Shown here: in pieces, positions 31,801-39,296 of the stretch | How the letters are laid out: the number at the start of each line of letters is the position of its first letter | Numbering within the stretch: position 1 is the stretch's first letter | Source: Fidelibacterota bacterium | Lineage (GTDB): Bacteria > Fidelibacterota > Marinisomatia > Marinisomatales > JABMOV01 | DNA length: 39,296 bases | NCBI GenBank assembly: GCA_046861395.1 | Contig: JBHHUC010000015.1 | Location: 1 to 39,296 of the forward strand | Reading direction: 5' to 3' | The notes under the pieces: generated by a model | Told to the model about the DNA's origin: nothing | The model's input: the letters and a program-made list of their open reading frames with translations, nothing else | Database searches by the model: none | Made by a program: the position numbers and the translations under genes

Positions 31801-34800
31801 CCTGTTGAATCCGTGATGGTTGTGTCCGACCAGGTGTCAGCAAACATACGTCCGTTACCACCATTGGACGAATCGGGGACAAACCACAGAATGATTGTGA
31901 TCCCCGCTTCATTGATTACGCGTCCGGTAAACTGATCGTACAACCAGCCCGAAACGGAATTCAGATTGGGAATGATATCGCCGTTACTGGGAATATCAAA
32001 TTGAACTTCCTGTTCCGTTGACACTTCATTGCCGAAATCATCCAGATACATGTACTGTATGTAGTATTCATCGACGGTACTCACGGGAATCAGGTAGTAT
32101 CCTTCACTGTCGGTGGTGTCGGTACGGACGATTTCATCATCCGAGGTTCGAACCAAATCGACGACAGCCCCTGAAATGGCAGTTCCTTCGTAATCCACTA
32201 CCCAGCCTTCAAAAGCGCCAATCACAAAGGTAACTATGGTGGTATCCTCCGCGAAGGTCTGAGGCGAAGGAATGGCGCGACCGGTTATGGTCGCATCCAC
32301 CGGTTGATCAACGACAATATCCGAAATGATCAGGCTTTGCGCCAAACCATTGACGGTATAGGTTGTATCCAGGATATCCGGGATAGTCCCGCGATCACTG
32401 GCAAAGGTTACCGGCATACCGTCGGGCACGGGATTGCCCAGGTAGGAATATACATGAGCATTGAGAATGGCCGAAGCTTCACCGTTCCCCAGTACTACCC
32501 GCGGATTCGGGGTGAGTACGATGGACAATGGTAAAATATTGGTCGTAACCGATTCGGAATGAACCGGATCCCCTTCGTTGTAATATGCCCAGGCCGTATT
32601 GTAAAACTGATCCCCTTCACCCAGTGTGGGTGTCACGGTAGTCTGAATTGTAATACTGCCTTCTTCACCCGGTTCAAGATAACCGATGTCCCACTCCAAA
32701 ACAGCAATCGTACTGTTATAAGTGTAGGTTCCGGTGGCTGAAATGAAATTCACTTCCGGCGGCAATGTGTCCCGGATGAAAATATCCGTCGCAATATCCG
32801 TTCCCCGGTTGGCATACTGAATCGTATACATAACCTCATCTCCGGGAAATACCTCAACCGTAGCATGTTTGATTAATTCAATCGCCGGTTTTGAAATAAC
32901 TTGGAATGTAACATCAGAAGTGTCGGCCAACCCATCCGCTGAACGGATAATGGCTTGGTTGTGAATCGTTGAGCCGTCGGGAATCGGATTGTCAATTCGA
33001 ACGGCGACTTCTGCAACCTGAATTCCTGCTTCCGTATCATCGACCGGGAGTAAATCACCAAGGGTCCAGGTTACGACTCTGTTCGCTTCATCATAAGTCG
33101 ATTCTCCTGAAGCGTATAAATAGGTCACGCGTTCAGGCAATGTATCAACCAATGTGACGTCCAATGCCGTCGTATCTCCGCGATTGGAATATGTCAGGTA
33201 ATATGTTAATGAATCCCCACTGAAGACATCGGTAGTATCCACTGTTTTATCAAGAACCAGAACAGGTGCCTGAACGGTGGTCCAGGTTTCCGATGCCCGT
33301 ACAATATTTTCCCGACTGGTCATGTAAACCGTGTTATGGATCGTTGATCCGCCAGTTAAACTGGAATTCGCCTGCGTTATTACGGACAGTGTACCGTCAT
33401 CCCCGGCTGGGACCGTACCCAGGTTCCAGGTCAGGACATGACTGGCCGCCTGATAACTGAACGGTCCGGTAGCATAAATGAAACCGGCTTGTGCGGGTAA
33501 TGTGTCGGTTATGACTGCTTCCGTTACAGGCGTTGTACCAACGTTGCTATAGGAAATTGTATAGGTAAGTGTATCACCTGCCAGGATCGATTCAGCCGCA
33601 GATTTTTCCACGCTAAATTCCGGCAATGGTACCATGTAGGTTTCAAAGACATCATCGGCATGAGCTCCTTCGATACTGTTGATTTCAGCGGCATCTGTCA
33701 GAACCTGATTGGTATGGGTCGTATCGTCAATTGTCACCAGAATCGTGCGACTGCCCGATTCATTCACTGTCAGGACACCAATCTCCCATCGGACGCCATG
33801 ATATTCACTCATGTATTGTCCATTATCCGACGCAGAGACAAAGGTAACGCCGGAGGGCAAGGTATCGGTTAACAATACTTCGTGCGCCGTCGTATCACCA
33901 CTGTTGGAATAGAACAGAGTATATTCTAGCGGGTTGCCGGCACTGGACGTAGTATCGCCGGACAGATCCAATTGCAAGACCGGCATTTTCACCTGCGTCA
34001 CAACCTGGTCCCAGGCGCGAAGCTGTTCGTAACAGTCCAGGTAAGCGCGATTGATGATTTGTGTTCCGTAACCCAGCGGAGTGTGAACTCGCGTTAGAAC
34101 CGTTAAACTGTCTTCCTGCCCGACGGTGAGCGATCCCAATTCCCAGGCCACAGAATGACTTTCTGCTTCATAGAAATATAACCCTGAGGCAGAAATAAAT
34201 TCGACCTCGACAGGTAATGTATCCCTAAGGACTACCTGTTTGGCTGATGTAAGACCCGTGTTACTATAGTGAAAACCATATACCAGCGTATCGCCGGGAA
34301 CGATTCGATCCGGTGCCCATTTATCCAGATTTAACTCCGGAGCGGCACCAATCGCAGTAACAGCACTTGAAACATCATTGGCGCCCTGGTCCGTTGCTAT
34401 GAAGACCTGGTTTTCCAGGGTGACATAGGCATCAACCGTATCAGCGATATTGGTAACCAGCGTTATTTCACCTGAAGCACCAAGGTTCAGGGAATCCAGC
34501 GTCCATGACACCGCATGCTCAGCCGACGAGTATACTCCGTCTGGCAGGGATGAAAGAAACGCTGCACCCGCCGGTAAAACATCATTGATACTGATGTTGG
34601 TAAGTGCCTGATTCCCCGTATTGGTATAAAACAGGGAATACACCAGCGTATCACCGGGTAATCCTTCCGGAGCATCCACCGTTTTTACGATAGAAACATC
34701 CGGGGATGGCCCCACGGTTACAAGGTAGGGATTTGATGGCACCGGAACACCATTGTCATATTGCGTCCAGGCCGTATTTACCAACTCCACTCCCGCAGGA

Positions 34801-35228
34801 ATGATTCCGTCAGTGATGGCCTGCAACGTCAATACGATTGTTTCATTACCCAGTATCTGGGGAAAGTTCCAGGTGACTGTTTGTCCGGTGACACTGGCCA
34901 CAGGATCTGTTGCAAGGTACAGTAATCCCGCGGGGAGTGTGTCTGTTACAATTACATCTACCGCACTTGCAACCCCGGTATTGGTGATTTCAAGACTATA
35001 GGTCAACGTGTCATTAGAGAACATGGTTGTCAGATTACCGGTCTTCAGTATGGTCAGACTTACGGCATCCGCAACCACGGTTTCAACGGTGTCACTCGCT
35101 ATGGTATAGGGGAAATCGCTCAGGTCCGTATAGGTACATTGCGCCACATTCGTGATACGCGTAGCACCGGGAACCTGAGCGATCCCCATACTCATTAGAA
35201 AGATAAATAAAACCGTTATGCGCTGCAT
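28875..35228 (-). CDS. Giant DUF11 (isopeptide 'conserved repeat') protein with Big_1/SdrD-B-like domains and two OmpA-like peptidoglycan-binding domains, 2117 aa
   Basis: Signal peptide; about 9 repeats of K..GD.LTY....N.G....V.I.D.LP...W.L..L.....N.A; GKVYYDLNGN; OmpA motifs IEGHTDN..LSMDRA..NRRVE and IDGFTDS..LSKSRA..NRRVE. Confidence 0.9.
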   Translation of the reverse strand: MQRITVLFIFLMSMGIAQVPGATRITNVAQCTYTDLSDFPYTIASDTVETVVADAVSLTILKTGNLTTMFSNDTLTYSLEITNTGVASAVDVIVTDTLPAGLLYLATDPVASVTGQTVTWNFPQILGNETIVLTLQAITDGIIPAGVELVNTAWTQYDNGVPVPSNPYLVTVGPSPDVSIVKTVDAPEGLPGDTLVYSLFYTNTGNQALTNISINDVLPAGAAFLSSLPDGVYSSAEHAVSWTLDSLNLGASGEITLVTNIADTVDAYVTLENQVFIATDQGANDVSSAVTAIGAAPELNLDKWAPDRIVPGDTLVYGFHYSNTGLTSAKQVVLRDTLPVEVEFISASGLYFYEAESHSVAWELGSLTVGQEDSLTVLTRVHTPLGYGTQIINRAYLDCYEQLRAWDQVVTQVKMPVLQLDLSGDTTSSAGNPLEYTLFYSNSGDTTAHEVLLTDTLPSGVTFVSASDNGQYMSEYHGVRWEIGVLTVNESGSRTILVTIDDTTHTNQVLTDAAEINSIEGAHADDVFETYMVPLPEFSVEKSAAESILAGDTLTYTISYSNVGTTPVTEAVITDTLPAQAGFIYATGPFSYQAASHVLTWNLGTVPAGDDGTLSVITQANSSLTGGSTIHNTVYMTSRENIVRASETWTTVQAPVLVLDKTVDTTDVFSGDSLTYYLTYSNRGDTTALDVTLVDTLPERVTYLYASGESTYDEANRVVTWTLGDLLPVDDTEAGIQVAEVAVRIDNPIPDGSTIHNQAIIRSADGLADTSDVTFQVISKPAIELIKHATVEVFPGDEVMYTIQYANRGTDIATDIFIRDTLPPEVNFISATGTYTYNSTIAVLEWDIGYLEPGEEGSITIQTTVTPTLGEGDQFYNTAWAYYNEGDPVHSESVTTNILPLSIVLTPNPRVVLGNGEASAILNAHVYSYLGNPVPDGMPVTFASDRGTIPDILDTTYTVNGLAQSLIISDIVVDQPVDATITGRAIPSPQTFAEDTTIVTFVIGAFEGWVVDYEGTAISGAVVDLVRTSDDEIVRTDTTDSEGYYLIPVSTVDEYYIQYMYLDDFGNEVSTEQEVQFDIPSNGDIIPNLNSVSGWLYDQFTGRVINEAGITIILWFVPDSSNGGNGRMFADTWSDTTITDSTGMYYFTNLDSGNYFLEANYNGTRSYSDGAINVNLSNPGTYVVGANIVLRQSPFYMYKTVDMDEAAPGDTLFYTLYYGSQDVALTDSVYVVDNIPTGLTVIEPSIQVNPTLTYDGYDRLGNILAFHRIGLTLHERDSLTFQAIVGTSEELNGSSLVENISFVTNKIDTTQSTHDARTNAITRIIYPFLRVKKDVNRRVAELGDVLTYTVQVENTSRDEYVDQIKIVDFLPTGFKQKSKNVYWDNNRVGKPAYSSGTDNRIILTWSIDDTLNPGESKLLKYRTIIGLQAQAGENDNLVSANGRTMGGYPVTSNEAKATVVVHPGLFSDRGLIFGKVYYDLNGNDIHDEYEPGIKGVELISETGIRILTDEYGKYSIPDVPGGNHVIRINEYSIPANHEVVLNEMDYLGDNSSRLVYVSPGGIAKANFSVRIIHQAETQVRSDGLDIALSNVSLISLQERAKSDGVRIMRYQPWSMLLRLGFLSGESVLRPEIYTEMRKVAQFLQWQPHIYLTIEGHTDNIDPPESSPFENNLDLSMDRANNIKKFLVDEMGISANRISSRGYGETRPIASNETAEGRKANRRVELIFSTSNEEQPHQNAIELTFNIRTRGGIPYDKVRFIDALPSGFIYASNSARLNGEPLAPDSVSSSSISWLLGSLAENDTAKLVFNIIPGNYAAINDFNISKAHIEYEYEDGKSGISRDLITNVSVLIEKLSFQMNLEGTNFDVNSATLRGSSADPIEKLGKFLTWQPNISIVIDGFTDSDGDLNYNLALSKSRAESVKSYLVENYLIQPSRIATRGFGPRYPLAGNNTEAGKAKNRRVEVLVNSEIGSDLVMGVEVIRDSVGKEIQTQPRRMAQSENEDVLNLPDEGPVSLRLHLDMINIDTADQIEIFAQMPHYVKLISDFDQSFIGERMWRIPISSADESITIDVKAYVDPGFQTDIFKVSTRLIRDNQPITDETVRVIRLTTNKSYANAD
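32540..35070 (-). repeat. Seven tandem ~120-aa DUF11 protein repeats (approximate bounds)
   Basis: Seven consecutive domains with the shared motif; diverged at DNA level. Confidence 0.8.
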
Positions 35229-35280
35229 AGTGTCGGTTTTACACCGTTATTTCCAGATGATAGATAATCGGTAATCCGAA

Positions 35281-36957
35281 CTAATTAATCGTTACCTGGA
35301 AAGTAACCGTATGTGAGCCGCCTGATGATACCTGCCCCAGATTGAAGGTGGCAACCGTACCGTCACAGCTGGCTTCAGGATCAACTGACGTCAGATCATT
35401 TTTTAAGACACTGTCGATCGTCAAAGACCCAGAGACATACGATGTATTGGCAGGTATGTTATCCGTAATGACAACGGAAGTAGCCGTTCCGCTACCGGCA
35501 TTGTTTACCGTTACGGAGTAGGTCAACACGGTCCCAGGAGGCTGATTACCGGTTGGTAAAACCGACTTTGACAGGGTCAGGAACGGGGCTGTCGTAGTGA
35601 TTGTAAAGGTGGCATAATCCGTAACTAACGAATTCCCGGATGATGTTCCGGTCAGGGTAAAGGCATGGATATCACCGTCCGGTGTTCCGGCCGGAATCGT
35701 AGCCACGGCAAAAACCGTCACGGAGGAACTGGCCGCAATGGACCCTGCATCGTCGAGGCCATCGGCGTTGCTATCCGTCAGAAGCGGTTCGCTTCCGTCG
35801 CGGGTTCCGTTTCCTTCATCCAGGTAAAGGGCCCAGGTCCAGGCATCGCTGAAGGTCAAATTAATGACATCAGAAGTGTTGCTCTGGTTGGCCACGGTAA
35901 CGATGAATACCAATTCGTCGCCGGGGTTTCCGGACGCAGAGGAATCGGGATAAATCGCAATGGCATAGTTGGTGCCAACGGTAACCGTAATGGACGGATA
36001 CAGGGTCGGATAGAGATTGTTGTTTCCGTCTTCATAGGTGACGACGGGGTCATCAAGGATCGGTGTGGAATTAGGAACACCGCTATTGACGATGACCGTG
36101 TAGGTAACGCAGACGGTACCACCGGAGGCAATATTACCTAAGGCAACGGTAACCTGTCCCGTGTTGGTTATATTATAGTCACCATCGTCTATATCACCAG
36201 CATCTGTCTGGGATACACCATCCAAGGTAATACTCTGCGCAGAATAGGTTGTATTCGTGGGGATTGGTCCGACGAATTGCATGTTATATGCCATCGCTGA
36301 ACCCGTATTGTCAAAACAATAGGTGTATGTTACGAATTCACCGGGTAAGGGTGCCGGGTTATCCACCGTGGGAGTTACCACAATTACCGGAGCAGATACA
36401 GTGGCGGTAATATCGCCAATATCGGAAACAGCATTATCAAACTGTGATGTTCCAGTAATATCGACGAAGACCTGGTCGCCGTCTACACCCGTTCCGTTAT
36501 CAGTAATGACGATAATGAGATCGAAGGTGGCATCGGCAGCTAGGCTGGTCGTTGCCGTCACAATGGCATCACTGCCATCGATAGTACCATTCGAGTTCAG
36601 GTCGGAATAGATGCTGTAGGAATAGCTGCTGGATCCGGTGGATGAGAGCAATCCCGTTAGGTTAAATACATCGTTGTCATTGCCGGTATTGGTTATGGTT
36701 AAGGGCACCGTTACGCTTCCCATAGATGGCAGCGTGACTACGTTGCCATCGGGGCCGACACTGACACCGGCGACCTGCGATACGGTTGTGGTTACGGTGT
36801 TGGAGGCCACCTGCAACATGGCGTTGCCGTTGGCATCGTTGTAGTTACCGTAAGCGGTATTCGAGATTATGGTCCCTGCCGGCGTTCCTGCTCCAAAGGC
36901 AATACCGACAGTTACCAACATTACAATGATGGTAATCATTGATTGTGTACGTTTCAT
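35281..36957 (-). CDS. Secreted DUF11 protein (candidate major pilin/fibre subunit), 558 aa
   Basis: ATG 36957 with AAGGAAAG upstream; signal peptide ending AFG/A; N-terminal GTPAGTIISNTA; Ig-like domains with DxNxNG-type loops; C-terminal DUF11 ending TVTFQVTIN. Confidence 0.87.
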   Translation of the reverse strand: MKRTQSMITIIVMLVTVGIAFGAGTPAGTIISNTAYGNYNDANGNAMLQVASNTVTTTVSQVAGVSVGPDGNVVTLPSMGSVTVPLTITNTGNDNDVFNLTGLLSSTGSSSYSYSIYSDLNSNGTIDGSDAIVTATTSLAADATFDLIIVITDNGTGVDGDQVFVDITGTSQFDNAVSDIGDITATVSAPVIVVTPTVDNPAPLPGEFVTYTYCFDNTGSAMAYNMQFVGPIPTNTTYSAQSITLDGVSQTDAGDIDDGDYNITNTGQVTVALGNIASGGTVCVTYTVIVNSGVPNSTPILDDPVVTYEDGNNNLYPTLYPSITVTVGTNYAIAIYPDSSASGNPGDELVFIVTVANQSNTSDVINLTFSDAWTWALYLDEGNGTRDGSEPLLTDSNADGLDDAGSIAASSSVTVFAVATIPAGTPDGDIHAFTLTGTSSGNSLVTDYATFTITTTAPFLTLSKSVLPTGNQPPGTVLTYSVTVNNAGSGTATSVVITDNIPANTSYVSGSLTIDSVLKNDLTSVDPEASCDGTVATFNLGQVSSGGSHTVTFQVTIN

Positions 36958-36988
36958 TTTACTTTCCTTTCTAATGAAATTCATGTTA

Positions 36989-37471
36989 TTATTTGACAAC
37001 CACGTCAAATAACAGGCTACGTTCTTCCCCAGGTGATAACGATTCGGTTATTTCCCATTTGATATGTGTGATCATATCCGCCGTAGCCGTTTTATTGATA
37101 TTCTTTCCTTTTTCATTCCGTATGGTGTATTGCACCGGCCAGGAATGAAACGTTTTTCCCATGTCAATCGAAAACAGAACCCGGGCGTTATCGCCGCCGG
37201 CTGTTCCCGTGACATACCTGACGCCGGCAGGAATCGGATCAACCACTTCAGGATTGACCATGGTACCCGTACCGGCATTTACAGCGCGGATCGTATAGCG
37301 AATAGTATCACCAGGGAAATAGGTGATATCCGTTTCCCCTGCCGCTTCCGCGTCTGTGAGGTTTAGCTTTTCTTCGTTAATGGTCAGTTCCAACGATGGA
37401 ACCCCCTGAGCAATTACCCAGGAACCCAACAGGAAGAAAAACATGATTATCAAATTCTTATTGTTTGTCAT
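36989..37471 (-). CDS. Small secreted single-DUF11 protein
   Basis: GAGGAGG RBS; signal peptide; PGDTIRYTIRAVNAG..VVDPIPAGVRYV...ITHIKW..LSPGE..LLFDVVVK. Confidence 0.85.
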   Translation of the reverse strand: MTNNKNLIIMFFFLLGSWVIAQGVPSLELTINEEKLNLTDAEAAGETDITYFPGDTIRYTIRAVNAGTGTMVNPEVVDPIPAGVRYVTGTAGGDNARVLFSIDMGKTFHSWPVQYTIRNEKGKNINKTATADMITHIKWEITESLSPGEERSLLFDVVVK

Positions 37472-37522
37472 AAGACCTCCTCATGTTCTTTATATTGATT
37501 TGATTGTATTCAAATTGATGTT

Positions 37523-38788
37523 TCATTGTATAATGACCCGAAAGATGACAAATCCGGACTCACCAGGCAGTAGCGGGGTAAGCCGCTGGAAGGATATATC
37601 GGTCACATTTGTTTGGTTACTGCCATAAGAAATTCCGCCGTCGGGACTAAAGAGAATATTTATGGGACTTCCCTGGGCGGATCCTGGGACAAATTGCGTA
37701 TGAGCCGGAATGCTTTCCAGGATAAAGACAAACGTTGCATTATCATCCCCGGCGTTGGAATAATACACCGTGTAGGTCAGCGTATCCCCGGGAACTGCAT
37801 TATAAGTGTCCACTGTCTTGGATAAGACTAACTGCGGGCCGATAACTTGCACACCGGCGGTGGGGCCGGTCGTAATACTGGACCCCGATGCATATACTGC
37901 CGTCGCAGAATTTTCATAATAGCCCCGGCTCAATCCCACATGCACGTCAAAAGTCAATGTCACGGATTGACCAGGTGAAACCGTCCAGGGACCAGTCCAG
38001 GTCAGGGTATTATTCTGAACACCGGGTTCGACTGCGGTGATTCCGCCGGTTGATCCCGGGATGTAATTAAAAAGTCCCGGCAGAATATCGATGATTTCCG
38101 TAATGACTGAATCAGCCGAAGAGCCGTTTGGTCCACTATCACTGTGATCATCATCATGATCGTTATCCCCGTGATCATCGCCATGATCATCGTCGTCATC
38201 ACTGTTTCCGTAATTGTTGGTGATGGTAATGGTATAGGTTACCACCGATCCGGTACCGGTCGAATCGACCGAAACATTTTTTGTGATGATTGGGAGTCCG
38301 GTATCGTCATCTTCATAGTCGTCATTATGATCATCGTCGCCATGATCATCGCTGGCGTAGAGCATCCAAGGAGCGAAAGCATTGTTTGCCGCTACAACAT
38401 GCTCCATATCGAAAACACTTACCGGAGCATACTCCCTGGTCGATGGATAATTACCAGACAGGTAACCATTTGGAATACCACCATGATGAGGGGAGTTCAT
38501 GGTCGTATATCCCGCAGTAGCTTTGGTATCAGGTAGGAGTACCGGGGCCCAAATGGTTAACCTATTCGGTAATAATGGTTGCTTAATAGACGGGAAAAGC
38601 CCGGAATCGGATGTTTCTGCCGATAATGTTGAGGGGAAGAACATATCTACGGCAAAAACGGATGTTCCGGATTCCGGGCTAAGAGTTTGATTTACTGGAG
38701 TTAAAGGGGAATTGTAATTATATGCGAAACCAGCACTTAACAGTACTGTAAGCAGAATTGCAAATATGGTGTATCTTTTTGTTATCAT
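37523..38788 (-). CDS. Secreted two-DUF11-domain protein with His/Asp-rich tracts (candidate tip subunit)
   Basis: Signal peptide (AGFA); DDHGDDDH tracts; PIITKNV...IIDILP...YENSA and PQLVLSKTVD...FVIFRVIIQ domains. Confidence 0.83.
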   Translation of the reverse strand: MITKRYTIFAILLTVLLSAGFAYNYNSPLTPVNQTLSPESGTSVFAVDMFFPSTLSAETSDSGLFPSIKQPLLPNRLTIWAPVLLPDTKATAGYTTMNSPHHGGIPNGYLSGNYPSTREYAPVSVFDMEHVVAANNAFAPWMLYASDDHGDDDHNDDYEDDDTGLPIITKNVSVDSTGTGSVVTYTITITNNYGNSDDDDDHGDDHGDNDHDDDHSDSGPNGSSADSVITEIIDILPGLFNYIPGSTGGITAVEPGVQNNTLTWTGPWTVSPGQSVTLTFDVHVGLSRGYYENSATAVYASGSSITTGPTAGVQVIGPQLVLSKTVDTYNAVPGDTLTYTVYYSNAGDDNATFVFILESIPAHTQFVPGSAQGSPINILFSPDGGISYGSNQTNVTDISFQRLTPLLPGESGFVIFRVIIQ

Positions 38789-38978
38789 TAATTATGAGCA
38801 TAATTATTCACTAGGCTATTGCATACAGGGATTCCCCGTTCAGACTACATACAGGGCTATATGAGTAAGAGATTAGTAGGCGATTCCCCTCAGAATACCT
38901 GGTATTTAACTATGCTTCCCCTCTAAATACCGATGGAAACTATACCCTATATAAGGTATTGCCAATACTTATTTAGCG

Positions 38979-38994
38979 TATGAAATTCGTCACA
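38979..38994. promoter_or_regulatory. Second CRP/Rex-like site
   Basis: TATGA-aattcg-TCACA, 9/10 match to TGTGA-N6-TCACA. Confidence 0.45.
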
Positions 38995-39100
38995 TGAAAA
39001 GGGGCAATAAATCAACCACAAATTATTTATCATTAGTACTGATTATATTCATTTTATGACGGATTCACAGATCTGCCGAATGATGTTGTCATGGTTTGTC

Positions 39101-39116
39101 TGTGATAAATGTCACA
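39101..39116. promoter_or_regulatory. CRP/Rex-type palindromic operator
   Basis: Exact TGTGA-taaatg-TCACA in the AT-rich region upstream of the DUF11 operon. Confidence 0.6.
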
Positions 39117-39296
39117 ACAGCCCAGTTGTAAATTCGGCAGTATTAGGGTCTTACATGAGATGATTTACTAATTGACCGTGTGCCAAAATTTCTCTATAAA
39201 ATGAATAATTTCTCATGAAAACAGGATAATACTGTTTTCTTTCACTGCTGTCCAAAACATTTTAAAAAGGTGTTAATTCCAGCATAGTTCTCGTCG

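Noticed and set aside
39217..39243. Hairpin GAAAACAG-N7-CTGTTTTC as a terminator
   Set aside because: AT-rich weak stem with no gene ending nearby within the window, so it cannot be assigned.
38789..39296. c-di-GMP-I or other riboswitch, or sigma-54 promoter, upstream of the adhesin locus
   Set aside because: No GGCAAAC..GAAA..GACGCAAAGC pattern, and TGGCAC near 39184-39179 (minus) lacks a correctly spaced TTGC. An Infernal search would be needed to exclude others.
1..39296. CRISPR arrays, IS elements, and the many short antisense or alternate-frame ORFs in the track
   Set aside because: No regularly spaced repeats or transposase motifs were seen. The short ORFs lie within well-supported genes and lack motifs.

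Overview
A bacterial window, probably from a diderm FCB-superphylum lineage such as Marinimicrobia (inferred from gene content and order only). TGA is a normal stop here. From left to right it holds: (1) the end of a + strand Rieske / cytochrome b / nonaheme cytochrome c operon; (2) a - strand housekeeping run of tRNA-Val(GAC), thrS, infC (ATC start), rpmI, rplT, pheS, pheT, zapB-like, zapA and folD; (3) the lysine catabolism pair pcd-lat, followed by rsmI, tmk and an S41 protease; (4) an envelope/lipid operon (DUF4837 lipoprotein, rfbD-like, Dpm1-like, GT2 fusion, accA, thioesterase). Its last gene is truncated in the ORF track: it is a 343-aa lipoprotein thioredoxin-TPR with an in-frame UGA in a W-U-S-W-C motif followed by a SECIS-like hairpin, so probably a selenoprotein. 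(5) A ~15-kb, seven-gene surface-structure locus encodes four secreted DUF11 isopeptide-domain proteins (one with two OmpA domains), a large predicted outer-membrane beta-barrel, a non-catalytic FGE-domain protein and a DUF3365 heme protein, downstream of CRP/Rex-like boxes. The DUF11 proteins carry complementary split domains: N-terminal Asn-bearing strands ('tags') and C-terminal Lys/Asp domains missing those strands ('catchers'). This suggests a sortase-independent, self-crosslinking pilus or fibre. That model is an inference and untested.
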